Virus record (IMG/VR): IMGVR_UViG_3300020438_000057
Coordinates: 1-52,977 of that record
Length of the DNA: 52,977 bases
Direction: 5' to 3' (one strand)
DNA from: a virus
Taxonomy: Duplodnaviria > Caudoviricetes
This document shows, piece after piece, positions 1 through 8,248 of this stretch. Under the pieces are notes generated by a model. The model made no database searches. It was not told where the DNA came from and saw only the letters and a list, made by a program, of their open reading frames with translations. Position 1 is the first letter of the stretch, and each line of letters begins with the position of its first letter. The position numbers and the translations under genes were made by a program.

Positions 1-906
1 CCATTAGACTTACTAAAAACTGGACTCATATGGGTTACAGATAATCTTCTAGGTAAAGATAACTTTATATCAAAGTTTTTAAAAAGCTTTTCAATAGAAA
101 AAATACTCAAAGATATCATAGCAACTCCTGGTAGAATATTAGCGATTGCATTTGATGAAGTTACAGCTATTTTTGATACATCAGAAGGTAAAACCATTGG
201 TGGAAACATTGTAGCTTTATTTAAAAAGATGTTTGATGCAATAACAGGTATAGTATCTAGTGTCGTAAATTTTGTTGCTGAAAAACTAGGACTCGACTTT
301 AGAATGGGTGAAACTGAAGAAGATAAAAAACAAAGAGAGTTAGAAGAAATACAAAAGAAAAAAGAAAAAATAGTAGAAAACGAAATAAAGCTAGAGAATA
401 AAATTTCAGAAAGACAAAAACTAATCGCAGAGAAAAAAGAAAAACTAGATCGAATAGAAGGCGAATATGTCGATTACTTAGATGCAGTAGCAGACGGAAC
501 AAAGAAACGAAATGAAGGCAGAATAATGTCTGGAGCAAGAACTATTGACAGATTAGATGATGAGATTAAAAAACTAGAAAGTCTTGAAACAGTAGAACGT
601 GCAAAACTTGAACAACAAAAAGCTTTACTAGATGAAAAAGAAAGAATGGCAAGAATGGATCCCACAAATTCTATTGGCGGAACTACAACTGGTAATCCAT
701 CTGGTAATGGGGCCGCTCAAGAACTATCTGCACAAATGACTAATGAGTATCTAGCCGCGGCAGGTGGTGGAGGTGCAATGAATGTTAACTCTAGTTCTAA
801 TGATGTTAGTGTAGTTAATAATTCAAATGATTATGGAGGGGCTCAGAGAGTTCAACCTGCAAACAGAAGCTATTACTCAGACACTGCATATTTAGCAAAC
901 ATGTAG
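1..906 (+). CDS. C-terminal part of a large coiled-coil virion protein (tape-measure/baseplate-hub gp29-like); truncated by window start
   Basis: Frame of ORF 229..906 stays open back to base 1; amphipathic helices then long E/K coiled coil and G/S/N-rich tail; converges on gene 32. Confidence 0.45.
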   Translation, partial: PLDLLKTGLIWVTDNLLGKDNFISKFLKSFSIEKILKDIIATPGRILAIAFDEVTAIFDTSEGKTIGGNIVALFKKMFDAITGIVSSVVNFVAEKLGLDFRMGETEEDKKQRELEEIQKKKEKIVENEIKLENKISERQKLIAEKKEKLDRIEGEYVDYLDAVADGTKKRNEGRIMSGARTIDRLDDEIKKLESLETVERAKLEQQKALLDEKERMARMDPTNSIGGTTTGNPSGNGAAQELSAQMTNEYLAAAGGGGAMNVNSSSNDVSVVNNSNDYGGAQRVQPANRSYYSDTAYLANM

Positions 907-943
907 AATTATATATACTACGATTTGTCTAAAGGAGTAGTAT

Positions 944-1054
944 ATGTCTAAAGAAGAACATCAAAAATATATCAACTGGTTATATGCAATACATGGCATA
1001 AAAAAAGGGACGCCCGAAGACGCCCCTAGTGTAAGAGAGAAAAAGAAAGATTAA
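944..1054 (+). CDS. possible 36-aa microprotein
   Basis: AAGGAG at 932-937, ATG 944, TAA 1052-1054 (MSKEEHQKYINWLYAIHGIKKG...). Confidence 0.3.
   Translation: MSKEEHQKYINWLYAIHGIKKGTPEDAPSVREKKKD
1000..1027 (-). terminator. Rho-independent terminator of gene 32
   Basis: Minus strand AGGGGCGTC-TTCG-GGCGTCCCT followed by T-run; C(UUCG)G tetraloop typical of T4-like phages. Confidence 0.9.
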
Positions 1055-1950
1055 TCTTCTTCTGCGAGTTTCTCAAAGAACGATAAGTTCTCATCATCAC
1101 TATCTGAAGATTCAATCTTAGGTGCTGATACTTCTTTTTGTGTAGGCATTTCAACTACATTTTCTTCAGCATTCATTACTGAAGGTGTAGCAGTAGCACC
1201 AGCTAAACCTAATACCATGTCAAGCTTTGCTTGTAACTCGGCATAAGTTTTAAAGTTCTTTCTGTCAAGAAACTCTTGAAGAGAGAACATAGATTCGTAA
1301 ACTGTTTCCAATTTACTATCATCACCATCTTCTAGTGCTGATACTTCGGCAAACTCAGACTTATCATAATTACGATAGCCTTCAACATTACGAATTTTTA
1401 ATTTCAAGTCAGCACCTTCCCAGAAGTCAAAAGGGTTAGTGGCTGTTTCATCTTCAAATTCAGGATTCATTTTTTCATTAAGTTTGTCGAAGATTTTTTT
1501 ACCAAATTTGAAAAGACGTACTGTCCCCTCATTCTCTGGATTAGCAGGATCTTTCATCACATAGATATTTGCTATGTATGAAAGTCTTCTTTTCTGCTTA
1601 CGTGCTTGCTCTTTACCAGCTTCCGTACCGTTGTTCCATAATGTAGAGTTATACTCACTTACTGGATCTTTCTCATTGAAAGTTGTAAGTGAATTTTCAA
1701 TATACCATTTACCAGCTGGCCCTTGAAATCCATGTGAGAACACACGAACCCAAGGTAAGTCTTCACCTTTTGGTTCTGGTAAAAAACGAATAACTGCATA
1801 GCCGTTGCCAGCTTTATCAACAGTAGGTTTCCAAAAACGATTGTCTTCAGAACTGCCTTCTGCTGGTGCATTTATTTTTGTTGTTTCGGTAACTAGTTTG
1901 TTCAAAGAACTTGAACGTGATTTTTTAAGTGCGGCGAAAGATGTTGCCAT
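1051..1950 (-). CDS. 32: single-stranded DNA-binding protein gp32
   Basis: RFWKPTVDKAGNGYAVIRFLP, WYIENSLTT, KIRNVEGYRNYDKSEF, acidic C-terminus ...FFEKLAEED. Confidence 0.97.
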   Translation of the reverse strand: MATSFAALKKSRSSSLNKLVTETTKINAPAEGSSEDNRFWKPTVDKAGNGYAVIRFLPEPKGEDLPWVRVFSHGFQGPAGKWYIENSLTTFNEKDPVSEYNSTLWNNGTEAGKEQARKQKRRLSYIANIYVMKDPANPENEGTVRLFKFGKKIFDKLNEKMNPEFEDETATNPFDFWEGADLKLKIRNVEGYRNYDKSEFAEVSALEDGDDSKLETVYESMFSLQEFLDRKNFKTYAELQAKLDMVLGLAGATATPSVMNAEENVVEMPTQKEVSAPKIESSDSDDENLSFFEKLAEED

Positions 1951-1991
1951 TAGTGTATCTCCTGTATATATGTGTATTTAATTTGTCCACT

Positions 1992-2044
1992 CGAATCATA
2001 ATATAATATATCTAATATAACATAATAAAGTAGTATTTGTCAAG
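1992..2044 (-). promoter_or_regulatory. sigma70-type promoter for gene 32 with downstream TGATTCG
   Basis: TTGACA-N18-TATATT with TG extension; TGATTCG at 1998..1992. Confidence 0.65.
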
Positions 2045-2249
2045 TCCCTAATTTAAATTTATCTTTAGGGCGATTATAACTATAGTTATGCACGGAAGCA
2101 TTTACATTTGCTTGATGCGACATATACTCACCATATTTAGTTCTCCATTCTAACTCACTTTCTAAGTTCTTAATTCGATCTTTCATAGTCTCAACTTGCT
2201 CACGTAACTCTCTAAGTTCTCCTACGTATTTCTCTACTTCATGATTCAT
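2040..2249 (-). CDS. hypothetical coiled-coil protein
   Basis: ATGA overlap with gene 59; in operon. Confidence 0.7.
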   Translation of the reverse strand: MNHEVEKYVGELRELREQVETMKDRIKNLESELEWRTKYGEYMSHQANVNASVHNYSYNRPKDKFKLGT

Positions 2250-2842
2250 TTGAAAGCCTCCAATATAGTTTGTTTACATTTATTTTTGTCTACATTGACG
2301 TAACTATACATGAATGGAGTGTATTTTTTAAGTATAAAAAGAAAATCGTTAAGCATAGTGTTTTCTTGTTTACTCCAAACACTACTATAGTTAATCAAAT
2401 TATCTAATACTACCAGAGTATTTATATTGAGTTTCTCTCTTAGATATAGCTTAAACGCTAGTGGGTGTACTTCACCATCAGCCTGAGTGCTGAATAGAGC
2501 GTCAAACTGTGAGTGATAATCTCTAAGAGTGTATATATCTTCTTTGAATTGATAGTTAAACGACTCTATATTTTTTTGTAACTTCTTATGATTCATCATC
2601 GCACGGCCTTGTGACATTCCCAAGATATATTCTTCATCGTGAATAAAATTAGCAACAAGATATTGTACAAACTTTTCTTTGTCGTAGATACGTGCTAACT
2701 TTTCAAACTGATAATTATCTCTACGTGTGCGAAATTTATCTTCATTCACTTTTATCTTACCATTATATTTGAAGTAGTCGTAATCTGATTTAAAATGATT
2801 ACGTACTGCTAGATAAGATGCATATGCTTGAAGTCCGTTCAT
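2246..2842 (-). CDS. 59: helicase loader gp59
   Basis: YLAVRNHFKSDYDYFKYNGK...RRDNYQFEKLA; T4 order 33-59-32. Confidence 0.92.
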   Translation of the reverse strand: MNGLQAYASYLAVRNHFKSDYDYFKYNGKIKVNEDKFRTRRDNYQFEKLARIYDKEKFVQYLVANFIHDEEYILGMSQGRAMMNHKKLQKNIESFNYQFKEDIYTLRDYHSQFDALFSTQADGEVHPLAFKLYLREKLNINTLVVLDNLINYSSVWSKQENTMLNDFLFILKKYTPFMYSYVNVDKNKCKQTILEAFK

Positions 2843-3069
2843 ATAGGTAATTTAGGTGATTTAGGGATTGATAGAAAATTTAAATCGATAGCTTCAGCTT
2901 CTAATTTAGTCTTGATAACTCCGTTTACTAACTTAGCCGCTACTTCAACTTCCATTTCATTTGTTTCACAGTACCATACTATAGCGTCCATATAATTAAT
3001 TCTTTTATCTATAACTATTTCTTCTATTGTTTTAGAAAACTTACTTACGTTCATCACCTCTAAAGCCAT
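2839..3069 (-). CDS. 33: late transcription coactivator gp33
   Basis: FSKTIEEIV...YMDAIVWYCE...KLEAEAIDLNFL; synteny. Confidence 0.9.
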   Translation of the reverse strand: MALEVMNVSKFSKTIEEIVIDKRINYMDAIVWYCETNEMEVEVAAKLVNGVIKTKLEAEAIDLNFLSIPKSPKLPI

Positions 3070-3680
3070 TATATTCTGTCCTTGTGCATTTGTATTGAAT
3101 TGAATGATATTGAAATACGATCAGTATCTGATAAATTTTGTTCGACTTCATGTCCTCTGTTACTAGGAAATAAAATTAGTCTTCCTTCAACAGGCTCATA
3201 ATATACAGAACTCCATTGATGAAGATGTTCTCTATGTTCATTATCGTATATGGGTTTATGATGCTGATCAGGCACATTTAAAAATTTTATTCTTCCACAA
3301 TTTTCAGGACTCTGTACATAATACACACCACTCCATAGTGCATTAGGGTGTGTGTGAAAAGTATTGTATGCATGTTTTGGTGATACATTTGCCCACATAC
3401 TTTCTACAGTTAGAGGCCAATCAGAATTATAACCTTCTTCTATTGATAAACTCTTTTGAGCATCATTAATAGTATTCGTTATTTTGCTAAACTCTTCTCT
3501 AAAATGCATAGTTATAGTACTATGCCAACCTTGTTTATTAGAGCGTCCTACACCATCTTTATCTTCTTCTTTCCATTTGTATATATCACTAATCAATTCA
3601 CGATTCAATTCTTTTGAATTTTCTATATCAAAATAAAAGAAAGGAATAGAAAACCAAAATTCCCTTTGTATTTCAGACAT
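3069..3680 (-). CDS. 2OG-Fe(II) oxygenase (TIGR02466-like)
   Basis: WANV...HTHPNALWSGVYYV...LILFPSNRGHEV...RISISFN. Confidence 0.88.
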   Translation of the reverse strand: MSEIQREFWFSIPFFYFDIENSKELNRELISDIYKWKEEDKDGVGRSNKQGWHSTITMHFREEFSKITNTINDAQKSLSIEEGYNSDWPLTVESMWANVSPKHAYNTFHTHPNALWSGVYYVQSPENCGRIKFLNVPDQHHKPIYDNEHREHLHQWSSVYYEPVEGRLILFPSNRGHEVEQNLSDTDRISISFNSIQMHKDRI

Positions 3681-4121
3681 TCACTTTTCCCATCTATAAA
3701 AAATATGCTTTTCTATTCTTGTTGTTCTAGTTTTAGTTCTAGCCCATCCAGGCTTTACATACGTTGCATGATAGTGTGTAGCACCTTCTGTGACATCTAT
3801 GTTTATTCTATTGTATAAAACAAGATATGCATATCTTTGTGCTTTCTTCCATGCTTTTTCATTTCTTGGTACATCGTCTTTTCCGTCACAGTACCAACTA
3901 AATTGACAACGATGTCTGACTGGATATTGTTTATTTGGATCTTCCCAAGAAGGGCGATGAGGCCCTTGCTTGACTACTTCGCAAACTGAGTTGGGATATC
4001 TACTATCTGCAACTCTGTTCATAACTACTTGTGCTGTAGCAATCTGTCCTATCATTGACTGATTCTTTGCTTCATGATAAGTATTGAGTGCTAAACAAAT
4101 AAATGCTGTTTCTAATATCAT
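3681..4121 (-). CDS. cell wall hydrolase, SleB/Hydrolase_2 family
   Basis: CLALNTYHEAKN, VVMNRV...PNSVCEVVKQ, CQFSWYCDG, GATHYHATYVKPGW, HIFYR. Confidence 0.92.
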   Translation of the reverse strand: MILETAFICLALNTYHEAKNQSMIGQIATAQVVMNRVADSRYPNSVCEVVKQGPHRPSWEDPNKQYPVRHRCQFSWYCDGKDDVPRNEKAWKKAQRYAYLVLYNRINIDVTEGATHYHATYVKPGWARTKTRTTRIEKHIFYRWEK

Positions 4122-4157
4122 TCTTATACTCTATATGATTGTTGTTTATTTGTCAAG
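4121..4157 (-). promoter_or_regulatory. sigma70-type promoter, probably leaderless transcript of the SleB-like gene
   Basis: TTGACA-N17-TAGAGT-N6-ATG, no SD. Confidence 0.5.
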
Positions 4158-4158
4158 T

Positions 4159-4635
4159 CTATTTTTTAAACTTGTCGTTCATAGATTCCAGTACACTATC
4201 AATATTAGGTTCTTGTCCGTTGGGATCATATTTACATTGATATTCATTAGGACATTGGCCCTCTACTACCAATGTGTAAGTATCGTTAGCACCTTTATAG
4301 AGACAAACTTGATCACCATTCTTAGCAGTTCTTCTCTTATATCTTCTGCATGTGATATACTTGGGATCTTCACGTTTGCCTAATCTCTTCTCTTGCTCCC
4401 ATGTCCAATCACTAAACTTCTTCATGTAACATGTGAAGCACTGTATTATGTTAGGCGTTTTATTCTCATTATTAAATCTATCACTCCAAGCATAATTTGG
4501 AATGAGAAATGCTAACAATAAAATTATTTTGATTGAAAGTATTAACGAAAGCCTGCGAATAGATGACTTGTATTGAAAACGAACCATGCGAACCAACCTA
4601 GTAATGCAACTATAACTCCAATACCTACAGTGCAA
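4159..4635 (-). CDS. hypothetical Cys-rich exported protein (true start probably downstream of the listed one)
   Basis: Hydrophobic signal-like stretch then six Cys; follows 4542..5036. Confidence 0.6.
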   Translation of the reverse strand: MHCRYWSYSCITRLVRMVRFQYKSSIRRLSLILSIKIILLLAFLIPNYAWSDRFNNENKTPNIIQCFTCYMKKFSDWTWEQEKRLGKREDPKYITCRRYKRRTAKNGDQVCLYKGANDTYTLVVEGQCPNEYQCKYDPNGQEPNIDSVLESMNDKFKK

Positions 4636-5036
4636 ATTATTATATTTAAAATCTTTTCTCTTTGTTTCTCTCTAGCATAAACCATCTCTTGACGTTCTTT
4701 GCGAATCTTACCTTGCATTCGAATCAGTTCGTCCCATGCAGATGCTCCATGTGTAAACATGATGTATTGCTTGAGTTCGTATTCCATCTCCTCTGCTTTT
4801 TTCTTGGCGGCAAAGGCGTTCATTGCTTCTTCTTCTATAGATGAACCATTGAAAACTTTTTTATAGAATGGTGGATTCTTTGCATTCTTCTCTGCTTGAT
4901 TAACATCAGAAATAGCACCCATCCATCTACCAATATCGCCGTACATAGACTCGACATCTTTACCGAGTTGTATACCTTTCTTAATTGCTGAGAATGCAGT
5001 GCCTGCAATGGCCATTGCTGATACTGGATCTATCAT
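4542..5036 (-). CDS. hypothetical membrane protein, late-expressed
   Basis: MIDPVSAMAIAGTAFSAIKKG..., C-terminal TM helix; TATAAATA upstream. Confidence 0.75.
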   Translation of the reverse strand: MIDPVSAMAIAGTAFSAIKKGIQLGKDVESMYGDIGRWMGAISDVNQAEKNAKNPPFYKKVFNGSSIEEEAMNAFAAKKKAEEMEYELKQYIMFTHGASAWDELIRMQGKIRKERQEMVYAREKQREKILNIIICTVGIGVIVALLGWFAWFVFNTSHLFAGFR

Positions 5037-5121
5037 TACTGTTACCTATGACTAATTTAATTGATTATAATGAAACAATCTTAAATGTCACAATACGTAA
5101 TAATATAATACAATCTAGTAG

Positions 5122-5129
5122 TATTTATA
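5122..5129 (-). promoter_or_regulatory. T4-type late promoter
   Basis: TATAAATA on minus strand in intergenic region. Confidence 0.75.
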
Positions 5130-5165
5130 AAAAAAAAGAGCATCAGTGGTAACTGACACTCTTTT
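5129..5165 (-). terminator. Rho-independent terminator of the ncRNA locus
   Basis: AAGAGTGTCAG-TTACCA-CTGATGCTCTT followed by T-run. Confidence 0.85.
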
Positions 5166-5169
5166 CATA

Positions 5170-5390
5170 TTTAGTGTGGGAGGGACTGGCTTATACCCTC
5201 AACTAACACAACAAGATAAGCATATCTTTTTTAGTGTTAGAACTTACTTCCGTCATGTGGTGTTGACGATGTGATCTTGTATGACTAGCCCTTATTTCTA
5301 AGTATTCATCTTTCAAAACCTGGGTACCACCCCTAAGTAATCAAGTTCACTCCTCTTGTCGGTAGAGTTCTTCCTTGCACCACGTTTTTT
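5170..5390 (-). ncRNA. unidentified structured RNA downstream of tmRNA
   Basis: No ORF; at least five hairpins plus long-range pairings GTGGTG/CACCAC and GAACTT/AAGTTC; bounded by a hairpin (5385-5406) and a terminator. Confidence 0.6.
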
Positions 5391-5414
5391 CTCCGTCGAG
5401 AAAAAATCTGTAAT

Positions 5415-5750
5415 TCTGTGAGAGTGTTTCTGTTCCCAAGTACACTCTCTAAACTCGGTGCGATTAAGCCGCTAGTGCATAATCCACAGGTGCAATGTCA
5501 TCGTTTGCATTTAGTTTAATGTTCTCCACTAACCTACTACCTACCTGTCGATCCTATTTCGCCCCCATCAAGAATACTTGTTGATACGCCACTATCAAAA
5601 ATCTCTAAAGTATCTTACTACTCATGTCACAATTAAACGCAGACGCAGAGTTTGTGCTATGAAGGCGTAGTACTGAGCAAGTATTCTTGGTGGAGGCGAT
5701 GGGTACCGCCCCCATGTCCAGTCTAGTTTCATTTAGTCTCAACGAACTCT
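5415..5750 (-). ncRNA. ssrA: two-piece (circularly permuted) tmRNA, alphaproteobacterial type
   Basis: Acceptor piece ends ATGGG-GGCGGTA-CCCAT-CGCCTCCACCA at 5688; coding piece starts GGGGGCGAAATAGGATCGAC at 5566; G3:U70 Ala determinant; tag frame 5508..5464 = ANDDIAPVDYALAA*. Confidence 0.95.
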
Positions 5751-5751
5751 T

Positions 5752-5783
5752 TATTTATAGCATATTGATTCGTGATTCGTCAA
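5752..5783 (-). promoter_or_regulatory. composite sigma70/late promoter for tmRNA locus with tandem TGATTCG
   Basis: TTGACG (5783..5778)-N18-TATAAATA (5759..5752); TGATTCG twice at 5766-5779. Confidence 0.75.
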
Positions 5784-5794
5784 GTCTTTTTTGA

Positions 5795-6172
5795 TTATTT
5801 TTGTGGAGTAAATATCTCCATTCCCCAACCATTACCTATGATACAGGCCCAATCAGCACTTATAAACTCTACTAAACTCCATGTTCCAGTTTCTTTGTTT
5901 AAACCGAATGCTATTGTAGTCTTCATCAATTCACCATTCTCACGTACTGAAACATTGCTCCAAGTCATGATAGGTTGTTCTTTCCATTCTTTTGTAAGTG
6001 TGTGTACAATAAAATCTGGATGCTGACATACAACAGGCTTCATTGCATTTGCTATCTCATCTTTTTCAAACATCTTGTGTAATTTTTTCAAGTCGGGCTC
6101 ATGTTCTCCCCATGACATACTACCACAACTAACATAAAACACAAACACTAATAAACTAAGATATTTTATCAT
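5795..6172 (-). CDS. hypothetical exported protein
   Basis: N-terminal hydrophobic signal; overlaps exonuclease stop. Confidence 0.7.
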   Translation of the reverse strand: MIKYLSLLVFVFYVSCGSMSWGEHEPDLKKLHKMFEKDEIANAMKPVVCQHPDFIVHTLTKEWKEQPIMTWSNVSVRENGELMKTTIAFGLNKETGTWSLVEFISADWACIIGNGWGMEIFTPQK

Positions 6173-6824
6173 GATACTCTCCGTATAACTTTATCTTTTT
6201 TTGTGTAGATAGTATCCAATTGTCTCTCTTTTCTATAAATACTTGAGGACTCTCACCATCTACTGCTATGACTATTACAACTTGATCGATTGGTGTTTTT
6301 GTTCGTTCTTCATACATAACACAATAGGCAGAACCTTGTTGAAAATAATTCGTAATATATTCTTTCTTTTTAAGTTTTCTGGAAGTCTTAAAATCGATGA
6401 CGGAAAGCCTATTATTCCACTCAGCGATACAATCTACCCGTCCAGCGACTCTTAAATAATCTGAATAAAGGGTAGCTTCTTGAACTCTAACATTATTTAT
6501 ATTCTCGGAGAGTATGCCTTTTATAGTGCTGAAAGTTTCTTTGTCAGATGGCATGAACTTCTTTTCATCAAGTTCATTGTTGATAAAGTCTTCGCACATC
6601 TGATGTACTTTAGTACCTCGGCGTGATGCTTGAGTAGATATACGATTGGCCTCTTTTTCACCAACTCGTTGTCTCCACTCATAAATTGCTTTCTTATTGA
6701 AATGTCCTAATACTGTCGTTATAGACGGATACTTCTCACCACTAGGTGTAACATAGTATCTTTTACCATCTACAGTTTGAGTTTTGATTTCAGGTATGTC
6801 AATTCCTAGATGAGTAAACGTCAA
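6156..6824 (-). CDS. PD-(D/E)XK exonuclease (T4-like marine phage exonuclease)
   Basis: YPSITTVL, RRGTKVHQMCE, AGRVDCIAE...IDFKTS, YFQQGSAY. Confidence 0.88.
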   Translation of the reverse strand: MTFTHLGIDIPEIKTQTVDGKRYYVTPSGEKYPSITTVLGHFNKKAIYEWRQRVGEKEANRISTQASRRGTKVHQMCEDFINNELDEKKFMPSDKETFSTIKGILSENINNVRVQEATLYSDYLRVAGRVDCIAEWNNRLSVIDFKTSRKLKKKEYITNYFQQGSAYCVMYEERTKTPIDQVVIVIAVDGESPQVFIEKRDNWILSTQKKIKLYGEYHDKIS

Positions 6825-7561
6825 CTCAGTCCAAGATCGAGTTTCGAAATAATATATTCTTTCACCAAATCACTCCTTACGATATCATGTTTATCAAATT
6901 CTATAAAATCAAATGACTTCATTCTTTTAATTACTTTCATAAATTCTAATACGCCGTCACGTTCATCTTTAAATCTAAAATCACTCTGTCTAAAATCACC
7001 ACAAAATACTATTTTACAATTATCACCTAATCGTGTGATTATACTATCTAACTCGTGGTATGTCATGTTTTGACATTCATCTACTATAACAACTGCATCG
7101 TTGATTGTCAAGCCTCTTATAAACGATGTAGTTGTAAAGTGTACTTGCTCACGTCCTTTGAGTATTTCGTAAGCATCACCTCTCTGAAACAATTCTGTAA
7201 AGATTGCATAGTAAGGTGCTTCATACACTTTTGATTTTTCTCTTTGATTGCCAGGGAGAAATCCCATGTCTCTTGTTGGTACTACACTTCTTATAATATG
7301 TAAACTACGTGTGTCGTTATAATTACTCAATACTTCTTGTGTTGCTAGATACAATGCGATAAATGTTTTACCTGTTCCTGCTACACCATGACACATTATA
7401 TTTTTGCCACTATAATATGAATTAAATACTCTCTCTTGTGTTTTCGTCATGGGTTCTACTTCTTTTACTCTTAAACCCGTATTTACTCTTTTAAGCTTTC
7501 TCTTTTGTTTATTCGTTAATGGTACAATATTGTCTTGAAGAAATGAGAGATTGTTGGACAT
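6821..7561 (-). CDS. phoH: PhoH-like ATPase
   Basis: GVAGTGKTFIA, MGFLPG, FIRGLT, IVDECQN, CGDFRQSD, DIVRSDLVK. Confidence 0.95.
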   Translation of the reverse strand: MSNNLSFLQDNIVPLTNKQKRKLKRVNTGLRVKEVEPMTKTQERVFNSYYSGKNIMCHGVAGTGKTFIALYLATQEVLSNYNDTRSLHIIRSVVPTRDMGFLPGNQREKSKVYEAPYYAIFTELFQRGDAYEILKGREQVHFTTTSFIRGLTINDAVVIVDECQNMTYHELDSIITRLGDNCKIVFCGDFRQSDFRFKDERDGVLEFMKVIKRMKSFDFIEFDKHDIVRSDLVKEYIISKLDLGLS

Positions 7562-7573
7562 GGATACTCCTTG

Positions 7574-7909
7574 TTAATCGTTTGCTGACATTGGTTTCTC
7601 CTTTAGATTAGAATAAGTCCCTCTTCTTACACCATGCTTTTCTAGTGCATTTAATGTATTTCGTTCTTTTGTAGTTTTACGGCCCACTTGATCTGCTAGT
7701 GCTGATGTAGGGTGTGCTTCTGCTATTCGGGAGAGGTTTTCTTTCCACCCGCTATCATTCTTCATTCCACTGCCACTAATCATATTAACTTTCACAATTT
7801 GTTGGGTGATGTTTGGATTTTGTGAGAGATATTCTTCTCTCTGAGACATAGACATAAATTCAGTAAATGTTTCATCTGTGTCTTTATTCATAAATGTATA
7901 TAAAGGCAT
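7574..7909 (-). CDS. conserved T4-like hypothetical (FmdB-like N-terminus)
   Basis: MPLYTF...YLSQNP...GWKENLSRIAEAHP; late promoter upstream. Confidence 0.7.
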   Translation of the reverse strand: MPLYTFMNKDTDETFTEFMSMSQREEYLSQNPNITQQIVKVNMISGSGMKNDSGWKENLSRIAEAHPTSALADQVGRKTTKERNTLNALEKHGVRRGTYSNLKEKPMSAND

Positions 7910-7933
7910 TAATGCTCCTTGTTCATCATAATG

Positions 7934-7941
7934 TATTTATA
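7934..7941 (-). promoter_or_regulatory. T4-type late promoter
   Basis: TATAAATA upstream of 7574..7909. Confidence 0.7.
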
Positions 7942-8248
7942 CGGCAAAAGACTCGCCACAACCGCAACTCGCCTTTGCATTTGGGTTAACTACTTTTAAA
8001 TAACTACCACCAAGTTCTTCTACATAATCTATTGTGCAACCAAACACAAACATTTCTGCTATAGGATTTAAATATAGATTACCTACAGTAGCTGTTTTAT
8101 CTGTAGTACCCCATTCATATTGAAAACCCGAACAACCACCACCTTTGACAGTGAGTGATACATTCGGGCTTCCTACCTTTTTAAGATAGTTTTCTGCTGA
8201 CTCTGTTAAGCTAATTGGTACCATGACGGGACACTTCTCTTTGTCCAC
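7937..8248 (-). CDS. iscA: A-type Fe-S cluster carrier (IscA/HesB family); start probably at 8224
   Basis: VKGGGCSGFQY...IDY...NPNAKASCGCGESFAV. Confidence 0.93.
   Translation of the reverse strand: MDKEKCPVMVPISLTESAENYLKKVGSPNVSLTVKGGGCSGFQYEWGTTDKTATVGNLYLNPIAEMFVFGCTIDYVEELGGSYLKVVNPNAKASCGCGESFAV

Noticed and set aside
299-665. Minus-strand ORFs 299..538 and 474..665
   Set aside because: Shadows of the A-rich plus-strand coiled-coil gene
5170-5390. RNase P RNA or 6S RNA
   Set aside because: No GAGGAAAGUCC/P4 signature, and it is not a single long rod with a central bubble
5561-5720. tRNA-Ala gene suggested by GGGGGC... and ...CTCCACCA
   Set aside because: The halves are in permuted order, there is no anticodon arm, and a tag ORF follows: it is tmRNA
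6156-6824. Cas4 / CRISPR-associated nuclease
   Set aside because: PD-(D/E)XK motifs are present but the C-terminal Fe-S cysteine cluster is missing and there is no CRISPR context; standard neighbour of phoH
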